The notes: generated by a model from the sequence alone, not told the origin. 64,000 bases of DNA from Octopus sinensis (GCF_006345805.1 NC_042998.1:43028001-43092000), one strand, 5' to 3'; counted from the stretch's first letter, positions 24,470-39,796 are shown. Numbers and translations: made by a program.

Positions 24470-26477
24470 GTAAAATTAAAATTTTCTTTCTTTATAATTC
24501 TTTTTAATTTTGGCACAAGACCAGCAATTCTGAAGGGAAGTGGAAAAGTTGATTACATCGACCCCAATACTGGACTTGTAGTTATTTTATTGACCCTGAA
24601 AGGATGAATGGCAAAGCTGACTTTGGCAGAATTTGAACTCAGAATCTAATACGCCAGAAGAAATATCACAAGGCATTTTACTGACATTATTATGATTTTG
24701 CCAGTTTGCTACCTTTTTTTTCCTCATAATGTGGTTTTAATTTATAGCATTACCGAAATTTCTAAATATTCAAACTTTTCCATATTACTTTATTTAGTCA
24801 TTATTGATTTTAGTCAGTTTGGATAAATAGCTGTGTGATAAGAAGTTTGCTTCTCAACCACATGGTTCTGGGTTCAGTTCTACTGTGTGGCACCTTAGGC
24901 AAGTGTCTTCTAAGGCCCTGGATCAAACAAAGATTTGTGAGTAGATTTATTAGACAGAAATTGAAAGAAGCCTGTTGAATATATATATATATGTGTGTGT
25001 GTGTCTTGGTATCTGTCTCCCCCACCACCATTTGACAACTGGTGTTGGTTTGTTTACATCCCGGTAATGCAATTTATTTTTAATTTTGTTTCGATGCACA
25101 TGGTTATACAAATGCTCACCAAGCTTTCAATTCAGGTTATTTTAATTCTACCTTTAATGTAAAAAACACTTCCCATCAAGATCTGCAAATTCAAATATAT
25201 TTCCAGTGTTTGAACACAGACATGCATGCATGCACATGCATACACACATGCACAATGTTAAAAAAATTATGTATTGTACACATAAATTGTGTGTGATGTA
25301 TATGTGTGTACCTATATACACATGTACACATACATGCACAGCAAAAACCCATAATATAACATACACATTATATGTATATGCTTCCAATATATATAATATT
25401 CATTTAGATGTCTCAATGTCCTATACTGTCTTAAACATCAATATGTAAATTAATGATTAATATTTCAAACAAAACCCTATAAAATCAGAAGTGAGAATTC
25501 ATTATTAATAACATCTGTTTTAATGACACTGATATAATTATCTCTTGTGAGGTAAAAAAAATCTTGGTGTTACATTAGATAAACATACAGCTTTCTTACT
25601 GTTTCTATAAGAAAAAAGCATTATGAAATCCTTAGTCATCAGTCATATTGTTGTTTCAAAATTGGACTATTATAAGTATTGTTGTTTTAAAACTGAACTA
25701 TTATAATTATCTCTTCTCAGTATTCCTTGGAAATATCTTTAATGACAATGTTCATGCTATTGCTTAGATCCCCTTCAAAAGAAATACATTTTCCACAGTA
25801 GTCCAAGAACCTCGGTTATAAGTAAAAATTCATAAAAATATTTATTCATTAGTTTCTTATTTGGCTGATTACTTACCAGATGCACAATTTTACATGCTGT
25901 GATCAATCAATCTGAGAAAGCCCCTCCTAAATTCATCAACTCATTCAGATATCTGGATGTCTTCCACATCATGTAATGCTATATCCCCTTCTATTCAACA
26001 GATGATTTTAAATTCATAACTTTTGGATCAACCATTCCAGTATATTATTTAGTTTAGAATTCTGCTCATTCTTTACAATTACAATTTTAATAATAATCTT
26101 TGACAAAAATATCTGCTCATTTATTTTAGTAAACCAACTATATTCTCTGGTTGTTTTACATTTATTTATTAATTTACATTTACAATAATAGTTAAGACTG
26201 TTTCTGACAAGCTACTTTGATATATAACTCATAACTATTCGGTTATTGATTCTTCAGATGTTGGTAAACTAAATCAGCTTGAACCCTTTCAAAGCCTATG
26301 CTTTAAACAAAATGACCACCATTACTTCACTAGTGATATTTTAAAACCTTAAAATAGCTAATCATTTACTAATATTTTTCTACATTTCATTGTCACTTCT
26401 AACATTATTCATAACTCATTTCTCTTAATCTTGAAATACTTAAACCTGAAAATATGATTTTCTTTTTCTTTTTGTAG

Positions 26478-26609
26478 CTACATTTATCCCACATTGTGAC
26501 AGAGATGGTTATTATGAGAAACGCCAGTGCCATAAAGGTGTTTGCTGGTGTGTGGACCTGAATGGCAATCAAATACTGGGTACACGAACCCGAGCCACCC
26601 CACATTGTG
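26478..26609 (+). CDS. SPOCK: Testican/SPOCK-like gene, thyroglobulin type-1 domain core
   Basis: tttttgtAG acceptor and G|gtcagt donor. FIPHCDRDGYYEKRQCHKGVCWCVDLNG...PHC carries the QC and CWCV motifs. 132 nt, phase 1-1. Confidence 0.95.
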
Positions 26610-28537
26610 GTCAGTATTTTTATTTGTTGTTTTGAATGACTATTAAAATATTGTTAATTCTGTTTCAATTTTCATTTAGAAACAGTTTGAACTTTTCAAA
26701 AAATTTAAGTAGCAACTTTTGGGAAGGCATAGCTTACTTCAGAAGTAAATTTGAACTTATTTTCTGAGCTAAGAATAATTTATCTTTTCTATTTCAAATA
26801 ACTAACTAGTATTTTTGCATTTACTTTCTTACCGGACAATAGATTAAAGAGTAGCAATATACTCAGGCTTATCTAGATTAAGTTAAATTTTGCTTAAACA
26901 GGCATTAGATCATTTTTGTAGGAGTTAGCTATTGTTTGTTAACTCATTTTAATTTAATATAACTGGTTCTTATTTTAGTAACACCTGAGAACAAAATTTT
27001 GTATGAACTTCATAGTATTTGAATTCAGAACATTAGAGACAAAAATTAAATGCTGTAATACTTACTGTTGGTTAATTCATCTGATGCTCTCTCATTTCAA
27101 GAAATGTGCTGTGTTTTAATCAATATTTCAATCAATAATTTAAGAAGGTTAATTAGTTGATAAAATGATAGATTACAGTGCTAAAATGCTTTTATAGCAT
27201 TTAGTTTTATCTCTCTGAATTCTGAGTTGAAATTCAATCAAATTGATGTACTATTCAGTTGACAATAAGCTTCTCTTATAAAAGTTGGCTTTGTGACTAA
27301 GCAAGAGTATCTTACCAGTACCCTATGCACTGGGTTCTATAGCATTTATTTATTAACAGCAAGTTACAGCATACATAGTTCATAATTGAGCCCTAGATCT
27401 GTGAGGCCCCTGGGCAACTGCCCACTCTACTCACGTCTCAAGATGGCACTGTAACTGAGGAAGCAACCAAGATTATTGAGCTAGCTGTGACATTAAACTG
27501 CCAAATTGAGTGTTATATTTTATTTCACTCAGTATCTTACAGTATTTAGCTCAAATCTCACTGAAATTTTGTCTTTATTCCTTTCTGGCAAAGAATTAAA
27601 TTCCGGTAATGTATTCAGATAGTCCAATGGTTAAACACTGACGTTAACAAAATTTGATTTCATCCAATATCAAAAGAAATAAAGATTAATTACTTCAGAA
27701 GCTTTGTATTTGTAATTTAACCTGCACTTGATGGACTAGAGCCATAATTTGTTTGAAAAAATGCCAACTATTTAAAAATATTTGTTTGCAAGTGTGACAA
27801 CAGTTAATAGAAAAATGTTAGTTAAAATGAAACATTACGCTCTTTAGCTTAATCTCTTTGTTAATTATCAATTCAACAATGTTCATTTGCTAATCTTTTC
27901 GATAAGTATTACGAAGTTCCATTTGACCTGCGTTAATACTTTTTAAGTTTATTTAATTGAAAACTGATGTGAAACGAAATTACTGGCACTCTCACAATCC
28001 AAATATCAAGTGTTATGTATTGAACGACATGTAACAAGGGAGGCAACTGTACTTTGCTTTACCTTAAGATCGGTACATAATAGTAATATGCATTGAGTGT
28101 TAACAATAAACGTCACAGAATTTTGATGTCTATTAGTTCTCAAATAAGACAGAGGCGTTTTAGTTATAATTGAACTTCGTCGCCCCCCTCCAAAAAATAT
28201 TCAAAACAAAAGAAACCTTCTCAACTTTAGATCTTATTTTCCTAGTTTTAATTTATGAGTAATAATACAAAAAGCTCATGGAAATGATAGAGCACATTAT
28301 AGTATTCAAATTTCTGTCTGTGAATACTGTTTTAAATTCCAACTGATAAATATAATAAATACTGGGGTTTAAAATCGTTGGTATGACTGTATGCTAAGAA
28401 TTCCGCTTCCCCACCACATTGTTTCGGGTTCAGTCCTTGTGTGTTGCACCTTAAGCAAGTGCCTTCTACTATAACCCCAGGCTGACCAAAGCCTTGTGAG
28501 TGGGTTTTGATAGATGGAAACTGAAAGAAGCCTATCA

Positions 28538-28596
<59 letters not shown>

Positions 28597-28626
28597 CGGC
28601 GCACGTACCCTTTTGTTTTTTATGTA

Positions 28627-28660
<34 letters not shown>

Positions 28661-29129
28661 ATCTCAGACAAGGTATAAATAATGGTCATTATATATTTTT
28701 CCTTTATTAGAGTTAATATGGCTTACAGTTGTTTTCGGTGGTCATTACTGGTAGGTTTACTCAATTGCTCTATTGATCAGTTGAGAAAAATTGAACAACT
28801 TAAAAAAATTAATTTCTGGTTATAACAAAACACTGAAGGAATGGTAGGGACAGGATGGTGGAAATTTTGGGAAAGGAGAGTCTTAAAACATTAGTGTGTG
28901 TAGGAGTTCTTCACTAATCTAACTAATTTAAACAACGGGGACCTTATGAGGTATGTGTGATAATGATATTGAATGTATGAGGTAAAATCAACTCATTTGA
29001 TTGCCTTTTGTTATATTCAGCATATTCATTTGTATCATATATTAATATTTTTTTTAATGTTAATTAAAGATATAAAAGAGTTAATCATCTTCAAATCAAT
29101 TAAAAGTTCTTCATTGTTTTATGTTTTAG

Positions 29130-29170
29130 ATAAACTTGATGTTATGGGCCACCTTCGCAACCTAGTGTGA
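29130..29170 (+). CDS. SPOCK: Testican/SPOCK-like gene, probable last coding exon
   Basis: atgttttAG acceptor. (D)KLDVMGHLRNLV-TGA in the required phase 1, followed by AT-rich UTR-like sequence. Confidence 0.6.
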
Positions 29171-29566
29171 TCGCTGAAAGAAGGAATTCTATAGAGACTT
29201 ACAGAAGTAAAATTCAAAGTCACCATTGCCATTTTCTATCTTGTATATATGCTTATATTTGTAGATATGCATGTTATATATATATATATATATATATATA
29301 TCTGTGCATGTACACGCATACACACACATGCATTTCATATATGTACACGTGGAAAAAGAACAGGAAAATATAGAAAGCTTCCAACAATGCAGGAAGTTTC
29401 ACAAGAACCTTTATATTTCAGGTGCAAAGCTCCATCCTCAGAAAAAAGTAGTTCAAGAAATGTCTAGTTTGTAAAACTTTCTGCATTGTTAGCAGCTTTC
29501 TATATTTTCCTTTTCTTTTTCTACTTCTGTACTACATTGTTTCAAACAAACTACAATGCTCTTATC

Positions 29567-29602
<36 letters not shown>

Positions 29603-29609
29603 TATGCAT

Positions 29610-29645
<36 letters not shown>

Positions 29646-32600
29646 ATATATATGTACTCATATGCATATATATATATATATATTATATATATATATATGT
29701 ACTCATATGCATATATATATATATGTACTCATATGCACATATATATATACACACACACTCATATTATGAAAATATACATGTGTATAAATATATATAACAT
29801 ACTTATAACAATCATAAAATTACTTTAAAAAATAATTTGGTGTTTTATATCTCTTGTTCATTTAATTCTTTGTTTTATGATATAAATGAATGGTTGGATG
29901 GTCAATGATGTACACCAGTGGTTTAAGAAAATGTTTGGTGGCCAAGTGGTTCACATGTTACTTTTGAACTCAACAATAAATGAATTTGTTTCTGTAGCCA
30001 TCCGTTCAATTTGTCTTGCCATGAGTTAAAAAGATGTGCTTTGATATATGGTACTGTGTAAACGGTGTGTATATGAGCTTGTGCATGGGAAGCATAATGC
30101 ATTTGAATATTTCGGATGGAAATGTTTTGGAATTTAGAGAATAGGTTTCGTTAAAGAATATTATATTGTTTTAATAACATCAAATACAAACCTGAGATTC
30201 TTTTAGGCTTTAACAATGTTCATATTGCTGATTAACATTAAAAAATAAACATCATGTATTTTAAATCATAAAATGTTTTGCTTTATATATATATAGATAT
30301 GCATATGCATTTATACATATATGTCTACCTGCTTTTCTATATGATTGAATATGTTGTATGTTTGTGCTGTGTACACATGACATTATCTCACTCTTACTTT
30401 AAAAAAAATGAAATTCAAAATTTGATCAGTATAATTAAAATACCAGCATAATTAGTGAATCAGTTGATATATCAATAAAAATATGAAAGAAATTATTGTT
30501 ACTAATTATGTGTGACTTGTACGAGACCAAACTCTTTGGAACAAATATATTTATTCTTTAATCTTTTGGCATTCTGATTACTCTGTCAAATTTAATATTC
30601 TTTTAATGTTGTTTTGCATTAATCATGCATTATTTCATAGCTTTGAGATTTTAATGATGTGATTTAAACAATTTTTAGCATGACATTGTAGGGTAGGTGT
30701 GAAAAGCTCAATATGACCAGTTTGACCATAAAACAGGTAGAATATTTCAGCTGGCTATGGCCATTTTAAATGCTAAAGGGCTAAACTTCAATTTTTTTCT
30801 TTAATTACATTTGCAGTCAGCAGTTTTATTTGAAAATATTTGTATTTGTGGATTTTTCAAATCTTTCAATTTCAGTATATATTTATATAAATATAAGAAA
30901 CTTAACTAATTTATTACAGTACAGTGATACTCACCTTAAGAAGGAATAGTTAATTCTAGGTTATAGTTAGTTATTTGTGAAACATTTATAATCTAAATTC
31001 CCAAAAGAAGCATATATTGAAGTTGATTTTCCTTGTTCTGTTGTCATGTCAACTAAGCTATATTGATCTCTTTTGAAAACATTATTACTATTTTTATGTA
31101 TTGTTCAATATATAACTATTGTCCTAAAAAATACATAACACTGCAGTCTTCCTAAAATTTTTTTCTACCTTGATATGCCATGTTTTTTTCATTTTCTCAT
31201 ATTTTTTTAATGTCTTGACTCAAACTTAATGTCTTAGCTCTTAGGGCATGGTTCAAGTCATTCTATTTAGTTTCTCTGCTGTAATAGCTTGCTTCTTTAT
31301 TCATCAGTGTAATTGTGGCGATTATTCTCTGGCTGGTTGTATAATTTAAATCCTATCACAATAGTTTCAGAAGAATATTTGTAATGTGTTTAGGATAGTG
31401 ACTATGTAGCCATAAGTCCATATCTTTCTATAGATGATATTGATAGCTCTAATGCACCTGGTTATTGGTAATCAGTAGAAAAGGTATGTGCTTTTTTGTA
31501 AAAAAAAAAAAAAAAATTTTTTAATCCAGACAAAACAACTGCTCATATAGAATGCTAAAATACAAACTTCTAAAGCCAGTTTTAGTCTTGTTAAGTATGG
31601 AAATATGCATGTAAGCAGTTTAAAATATTCTCTTACATTTTATGTCTCTGAAGATCTTTTCTGTATTTTCCATCATGTCATTTAAATGTTTTGTTGCAGC
31701 CCATGGTGAAATCATTTGTGTCCTAGATTCACTTGGTCCATATTCTTTAGCTGTTCTGTTAGCATTTCCTGTTTGGCAAATGTCATTAAAACAACATTTG
31801 TTTAAATAACATCTGTAATATCCTTTCTAATTTTCTCAGCCCTTAATCATCCCTTGAACATAACATATCTAAATGTCAAATATATTCTATTGACAATCAG
31901 TTAAGTCTTTCCTGTTTATCACAAACTTTAATAGCAGCTAATTCATTATAAACTCTTCTCTCACCAGAAAGTCATAGCTGGGTAAGTTGATAAGGTGCCA
32001 AACTACCAGTCGAAAGGTTGGCGGTTCATATCCTGTCATTGATGCTTTACTGTAGTCTTGGCAGTGACATTTAACCCTAATGCTCAAATTTATTTAGTTA
32101 TAAATATTCACTTTAAGTGATGAGTGAGTCTCTCAGCTTTGTTGCTTGATCTGCTAAAAATAACTGAATCTTCGTCAAACCACATCTTAAGGAAAAGAAA
32201 AGGTGGGTTGACACTAGATTATTAATTCAAAATATATGAAAAGACAGGATTGTCATTGACATAGGTCTACTCTGTCATGACCAACTTTGGGATAAGCAAC
32301 AACAACAACAACCTACCTCTGTAAGCACCAAATGCAGTATTAATGTAGAAGATATTGTTGGTTTCCAGTATTGAATTCAACTCTCAAAGTGTATAGCTTG
32401 AAGTGGACAGGTTCCAAGAGGTTGATTTTTCCCTTGATACACATTACTAGAGGACCAGATCTCTAATGATGTTCCAACAATCCAGGGTGTAAAATCTCTT
32501 TCCTTATATCAAAACTGCTGACTCTAAATGAAATATAATAAAATGCTTTTTTCATTTCTTAAAACAAAAATTTAAACAGTACACATACACACACTCAAAG

Positions 32601-35600
32601 TTATGAATAAAACTATATATCACAATTTTAAAAAAAATTCAGAATTATTTCTATTTACCTGATAATCATTTTGTGAAAGTGCATGGTCAAATGGTTTAGA
32701 TGCTGAGATCATGAATGTTAAGTTGTAGGTTCAAATCTTGAAGCTGGCAGCATATTATGTCTTTGAGTACATTGTTTCAGTCCACTCCATTGAAAATGAG
32801 TACAAGTGACCAGCTGAGGATTAACCTTGTGACAAATTAGGGTTTTATTCCTTCAGTTGCTTAAATGTCACAGAAATTGGTATAAGCTTTGCAGTGTTTG
32901 TTCTAGCTCTTTATGTTCCTAGTTCAAATCCTGCAAAGGTCAATTTTTGCCTTTCATTCTTTCTGAGATTAATAAAATAACTGTAATTGACAAGCCCACC
33001 TCTCCAACAAAATTTTAGGCCTTGTGCCTAAAGGATTATTGAACTATTGATAGCATCTTTAAGTTCTGAATTTCTGAATTTAGATTATACCAGGGCTGTA
33101 TTTTCCTTTTCTCCTTCCATATTTGATAAAATAAATGTTTTAGTTAAGTACTGAAATGGATTTGATCAACTGCAGTGAACTCTACATGAAATTTGTGGCT
33201 GTGTGCTTTATTGAAAATTATTATAATTGTTAATGAAAATAAAAGAAATTGTTATAGAAAAGTGTTGTGAAATATTAAGTTTTTGGTGAACCTTATTTGC
33301 AATCCTATTTCAATGCCCTTTGTGAATCAATTTGTGCATGTTACCAATACACTTGGGAAATTATAAATGTTACACTTCTCTATCTGTGTACATTTTCAAA
33401 TCTTAAGCTTCATGTCTATGTAAGAAACCATATTATTATTATTATCGTTATTATTATTGGTTTTGATGTGTACTATGGTGTGGTGTTAAGACTAGGTAAA
33501 CAATCTGGGGACCAGTTTCAGCTTCTGGTAGGAATCTCCTTAAAAATGTCATTCAGGGAGAAGAATAAATAACAAATAACCATAGTCATATTTATATAAA
33601 AATTGTTATTTTATACAGTAGACATTCTGAGTTCAAATCCTGCCAAGATTAACTTTGTCTTTCATCCCTCTGGGGGTCAATAAAATAAAGTACATGTCAA
33701 GTAAAAAGGTTGATGTCATTGAGTATCTCCCCCCCACCACCAAAAAAAAATTGCTGGTCTTGTGCCCAAATTAAAAACAATTATTTTATACAGTGGCTAT
33801 TAACTTTTTGCCTATCCAAATCATTTTCATAAGTTTTTCCTAAATGTCCATGCATGTTTTCAGACTTTTATTGAGTCCCTTGTTTCATATCATCATCATC
33901 ATTTAACATTTGTTGTCCATGCAGGCATGGGTTGGGCAGTTTGACCAGGTCTGGTAAGCTGAGAGGCCATACCTGACTACAGTCTGATTTGGCATGGTTT
34001 CTATGGCTGGAAGCCCTCCCTGATGCCAACCACTCCGAGAGTGTAATGGGTGCTTTTATGTGCCACCAGCACATTCTTATTAATATTAATAAAAAGCTTT
34101 CTCTTCATAAGTCTCAAATTACTCAGGTGGTTGAAAAAACTGTGTATCCTATACAATGCAAAGAAACTGGGAAATATGTCCTGTGTATCACATAATTCAC
34201 AGGGCAGGAAAAAGGTTAAAGACACACTTAAAGAAGTCATTAGTGGAAACATATTAATTTTAAATTTAAAGATTGAAATCTTTCAAAATTGTAGCAAATA
34301 AAAAGCCTGAATTTCCTTTTTCAAGAGTTCAAAATAAAAACATTTGGTATATTATATTTACAGGTAGGAATAAAAATATATCAGATGTATGTTATAAATG
34401 TGTCACACCAGCTGTTAAGTATAGCATTTTTTTTTATTTTTAATTTGTTTGGGATGATATATTAAAACATCTGGTACACTATATTTAAGTTCTGTATTGT
34501 GATATATTGGAAACATCTGTCGTGATATATTTTGATTGGGGATAATTTGGTACTGCAGTTGTTGTGTCATCAATTGGTTCTTTCAAGTTGTAGAATGGAA
34601 CATAGTGGCATGTGAATTTAATTAAAATCAGTTATGATAGTTTAGTAAGTAGACAAGAGCCATGGAAACATTAGCATTGCAACTGCTGAAAAATTCCTGA
34701 CTTTGGGTAAAAGAAAACACAGGAAGATTAGTTAATTATTCAACATATTTCCCTCTCCAATTCACACTTATTGTAGTGGTCCTTCAGTTCTTCTAAGCGC
34801 AGTAAAAGAACTTGGAAGGATGGGCCTCGGCGGAATTTGAACTCAGAACGTTTGCGACGGGTGAAATACCTGTTTCTTTACTATCCACAAGGGGCTAAAC
34901 ACAGAGAGGACAAACGGATTAAGTCGATTATATCGACCTCAGTGCGTCACTGGTACTTAATTTATCGACCCCGAAAGGATGAAAGGCAAAGTCGACCTCG
35001 GCGGAATTTGAACTCAGAACGTAGCGGCAGACGAAATACCGCTAAACATTTCGCCCGGCGTGCTAACGATTCTGCCAGCTCGCCGCCTTAGCAGCAGCAA
35101 TAATAATTATAGGCAGAGGCGTGGCTGTATGATACATACATCTACACATCATCCATCTCTTATCTGGATGACAACAATGTAAAAATTCAAGAATTATTAT
35201 TTCGACATATATCTGAAGAAATCTGCTGTTAGACATTTGCTAATATTCTTTTGAATTATAATGGTTTCAAATTTTGACACAGGGCTAGTAATTTCAGGGC
35301 AGGGAGTAAGTGTACTACATTTATCCCTGACCCCGAAAGGCTAAGTCGACCTCGGTGGAATTTGAACTCAGAACGCGAAGACGGGCGTATCGTGACTTCT
35401 GGTTACGGCTGTTAATACAAGGGAGATAACCGCCACAATATACCAGGCGGGATTAAAATGTGAATTTGAAATTAAGGAATACTAGAAGGTGCATGAAGTT
35501 CATATTTATTTTGTTGTCTTTGTTTTAAATGGATAACAAAACTACAGCAGGTTATGATGATAATCTTAGTGTACCCTGAATTTGACATATTTTGATCTAG

Positions 35601-36449
35601 ATGTCACGTTCACAAAGACATCATTGCTAATAATTGCAAAATAAATCGAAATTTATTATTTAAAAATAACAACACAGGTTGAAAAATCGTTTTCGACGGA
35701 AAAAGTCAAAGGATGCCCAATTTTTATATGCTATTATTTATAGCTTTATGTGCTGCGAAATCGACTGTACCAAAACATTTCATGTTCTCTTGAAAGTTTA
35801 TTTTGATATTTAAGGTGGACCTGGCAGAAACGTTAGCACGCCGGGCAAAATGCGTAGCCGTATTTCGTCTGCCGTTACGTTCTGAGTTCAAATTCCGCCG
35901 AGGTCGACTTTGCCTTTCATCCTTTCAGGTTCGATAAATTAAGTACCAGTTACGTACTGGGGTAGATGTAATCGACTTAATCCGTTTGTCTGTCCTTGTT
36001 TGTCCCCTCTGTGTTTAGCCCCTTGTGGGTAGTAAAGAAATAGGTATTTCGTCTCTCTTAAGTACGAGTGAAACACTGGAGGTCGATGTGATTGACTTGT
36101 CCCTCTCACCAAATTTTAAGCCTTGTGCCTTTAGCAGAGAGAATTATTTAGACATTTATTAAGGCAGCAAGCTAGTAGAACTGTTAGCATGGTGGACAAA
36201 ATGCTTTGTGGTATTTTGTCTGTCTTTATATTCTGAGCTCAAATTCTGCCAAAGTCGACTTTGCCTTTTATCCTTTCAGGGTTGATAAAATAAATCATTA
36301 GTCAAGTACTGGGGTCAATGTAACCAGCTTACCCCATATCTTCAGAACCTGCTGGCTCTGTGCCAAAATCTGAAACCATTATTTAAACATTTATTTAAAG
36401 AGATCTTTTGTTAGACATTTGATGATATCTTTTGAATCATCAATATTTA

Positions 36450-36912
36450 ACATCTACTTCCCATACTAGCATGGGTTGGACGGCTTGAAAGGAACTTGTT
36501 GGCCAAGGGTTGCATCAGGTTCTAGAGTCTGTTTTGGCTTGGTTCCTACAGTTGTATGCTCTTCCTAATGCCAACCACTCCACAGAATGTACTGGGTGCT
36601 TTTTATGTAGCACCATCACACACACCAATACTTTTTTATGTGGCACTTTGGTTTTCAAATCTCAGTTCTGTTGTGGTGGATGGGTTTTCTTAAGTACAGT
36701 AGTACATCACATATCTTGGTCTTCTGTCATCTTCTTTGTAAATTTCAGTGTTTTGAGATCGACCTTCAATACTTCATCCCACATCTTCCAGGGTCTCGCT
36801 CTTCCACAACTTCCCTCCACTTCAAGTGATCAGCTCTTTATGCAACTGTCCTCATCCATCTGGATCATATGACCAAACCAGCACAGTCTCCTCTCTTGCA
36901 CAGCACATCTGA
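36450..36912 (-). mobile_element. Old RTE LINE 3' fragment (ORF2 C-terminus plus 3' UTR)
   Basis: Degenerate counterpart of the VQERRLRWYGHV...GRGRPRKTWDEV segment, plus the CAACCCATGCTAG terminus. Another old fragment lies on the + strand at about 37940-38225. Confidence 0.7.
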
Positions 36913-38422
36913 ATAATGTATGTTAACAGGACAACCTTGACAATTGGTTTTAGTTTGCTTTGTCCCTGTAACTTAACAGTTTGGCAAAAGAGACTGCTAA
37001 AATAAATACCAGGCTTGAAAAAAAATAATAAGCACTAGGGTTGATTTGCTTGGTTGAACCCTTCAAGGAGATGCCCCAGCAAGAAAAGGATTAATAATAA
37101 AAGAACATAGATGCTGCAGATAATGATAATGATAATGATAAAAGAATAATGTACCCTGGAAGATGCAGTGTCTTGTATTTTTCTGTGGATAAAAAGACAG
37201 AAAGAGATTAATGATTTGCTCTGATTTAATTGAAGTTAATCCATTATAATTTGTATCATGTGTTCTTGCATCTTTTGAAAACATCAATTATAGACTGTAT
37301 TTTTGGAAGTTAATCTAGGTCCAGATATTCTGATCTTACTAAAATGATTATTCAAATTTATCATTTACTGCTCTTCAAAAATTATTTTAAAGTGTTTTTT
37401 TTTTTTTTGGTTTGTTTTCTTATTGCAACTAAATAGATTGTGACTAACCAATTGCAATATTACACAAGTGGAATAAAATTTACTTTGCTTTCTTTTTAAT
37501 AATAAAAAGCTTTAGACTTTCTATTTTCTTGATTTTTAATACACACACACACACACACATTCATTCTAGACTTATGGAGTGATGAGTTATATGCCTTGGA
37601 AGCTTTTAGTCATGTCCCTTTATGTTCTGAGTGCAAACAAGTTTACGGGGTGAACTTAAGAGTTTCTTCCTTTAGGATTGATAAAATAAATGACACACAA
37701 ATACTAGTATTAATTGTAATCATTTTTACTCTCCTTTGGGCTTTTGAAAAACTAAATTTTCTTCTGTTAAATTTTGACGTTTATTTATAAATACATATTT
37801 TATATATTTCACACAAGAGTAATGTAAAAATCCTTTGAAATACTGGTTTAAACCATAACTTCCAATTATCAGCTTTGCATAAATTTTAAAAGTGAAAGTT
37901 GCTTCATGGAATATTCAACATAAGTGTGTATGAATGATGAAGTATAGATATATTAAAGGAAAAAACTGGGCATAAAAGGAATCAGCTGCAGTGTGCAAAA
38001 AAGAAGACTGCTGGTATAGACAGGTAATATGTATGGATGAGGACAGCTATATGAAAAAGTGCCAATCACAATGTGAATGGGAGCTTGTGGATGTGTAAGA
38101 CCTGAGATGAAATATGAAGGCTGATCTCAGGACTTTGAACTTTATGGAAGAGTTGACAAAAGCTACAGTGAATGGAGATACGTGATGTACAAGAAGACCT
38201 GCTCATCTTGGCAAAACTGAGATCCTGAAAGTATAGCTCCTTGCCCAATTTCCTAATCAAGCTTTTCCTACCACCCATCATCTCTCAATCACTGATCCCT
38301 CCATTACCTTCTTAACAGCAGTATTCTTCTGCTGTAATTAAATGAGAGCAGAACTGTATATTTCATCATCTTTTTCTGTTATACCAGTAATCATTTTCAC
38401 TTCCAGGAACTTATTGATTTTA

Positions 38423-38992
38423 TTGGGTTGTCTGGAAAGTTTGTGCCGATTTTTAAAGGAAAAAAAAAATACCGCCAATAAATACTTGCCATTACATTTT
38501 TAGTCAACCAAATATGAACCGTTTTGTTGCACAATGCATCTCCATCTTTCCTTTAACCTGAAAATACCCTCTTCCCAGAATTGAGGTGGTTTCATGTCAA
38601 AGAATTCATCAAGGTATCTTTTTACGTCATCCAAGGAACTGAAATTTTTACCATTAAGACTATTCTGCAGAAACCGGAATAAATGGAAATCTGAAGGAGC
38701 AATATCTGGTCAATATGAAGGGTGGGGTAGCACATCCCAGCCGAGCTGCAGCAATTTTTGTCTAGTTCCCAAAGCATCAAGTGCCAAAAATGAACTTTCT
38801 TATCTTCCATTTTAAAGGGTTACAGAATTAACACAGGTTATAGGAACATAAACCTTCTTCCACGAAAAAAAAGCTTAAACTGTGTTCTAAATGGAGGTGT
38901 AGTCAAATCCTATTTTATGAACTCAACCATGTTCTAAAATAAGTTGAAAGGTAAGCTTCTATAAATCGACATGAACTTTCCGGACAGCCGAA
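38423..38992 (-). mobile_element. Internally deleted mariner element with both TIRs
   Basis: TA|TTGGGTTGTCTGGAAAGTTTGTGCCGATTT and AAATCGACATGAACTTTCCGGACAGCCGAA|TA. The minus frame reads GWDVLPHPSY*PDIAPSDFHLFRFLQNSLNGKNF...ERWRCIVQQNG (YSPDIAPSD-type motif). Confidence 0.9.
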
Positions 38993-39672
38993 TATAATGT
39001 GAGTAGCAATGTAGCTTCTTTACATCAAGAAACCCATTCTGTTCTGACCCCTTCTTTCATACTTTGACCTCTCAACTCCAAACATAAAACCATTTTGCTC
39101 TACTTTAACTTCACTCAATCAAAGATGATCTTAATCTTGCAAACTGCATAGTAACCTCACCAGTGCTGCTGCCATGAAAAAAGCACCCTGTACATTCAGT
39201 AATGTGGTTGGTGTTAGGAAGGATATCCACCCTTAGAAACCAAGCCAAAACAGATATTGGAGCACAATGCAGTACTGAGACCCATTACCAAAAGATTGGT
39301 GGTACTCAAGCTCAAACCAGATCAAGGAGTAGTATAACCTCTTTAAACATAGCTGCACCTCAATGGAGAGTGAGGCACACTCAGGTAGGTCATCCACAAA
39401 CTGAAATGAGGAGCCGATTGAGATGGTTTGGTGACTTGTCATGGAAAACCATCGTATAACTATCTAGAAAATTGTTCATGAAGTGGGAATAAGCATGAGA
39501 CTAGTGCATCCCATTTTAATGGGGGTTTTGTGCATATGGAATGTGTCAGCAAAATTTGTCCCCAAGGTGCTGGTGGAGCTGTAAAAGCAACTCCACATGG
39601 AAACCACTCAAAATAATATACTGGACTGAGAACACCATGACTCAGACATGAAAACTATCATCCACATGTGGT

Positions 39673-39708
<36 letters not shown>

Positions 39709-39710
39709 TG

Positions 39711-39796
<86 letters not shown>

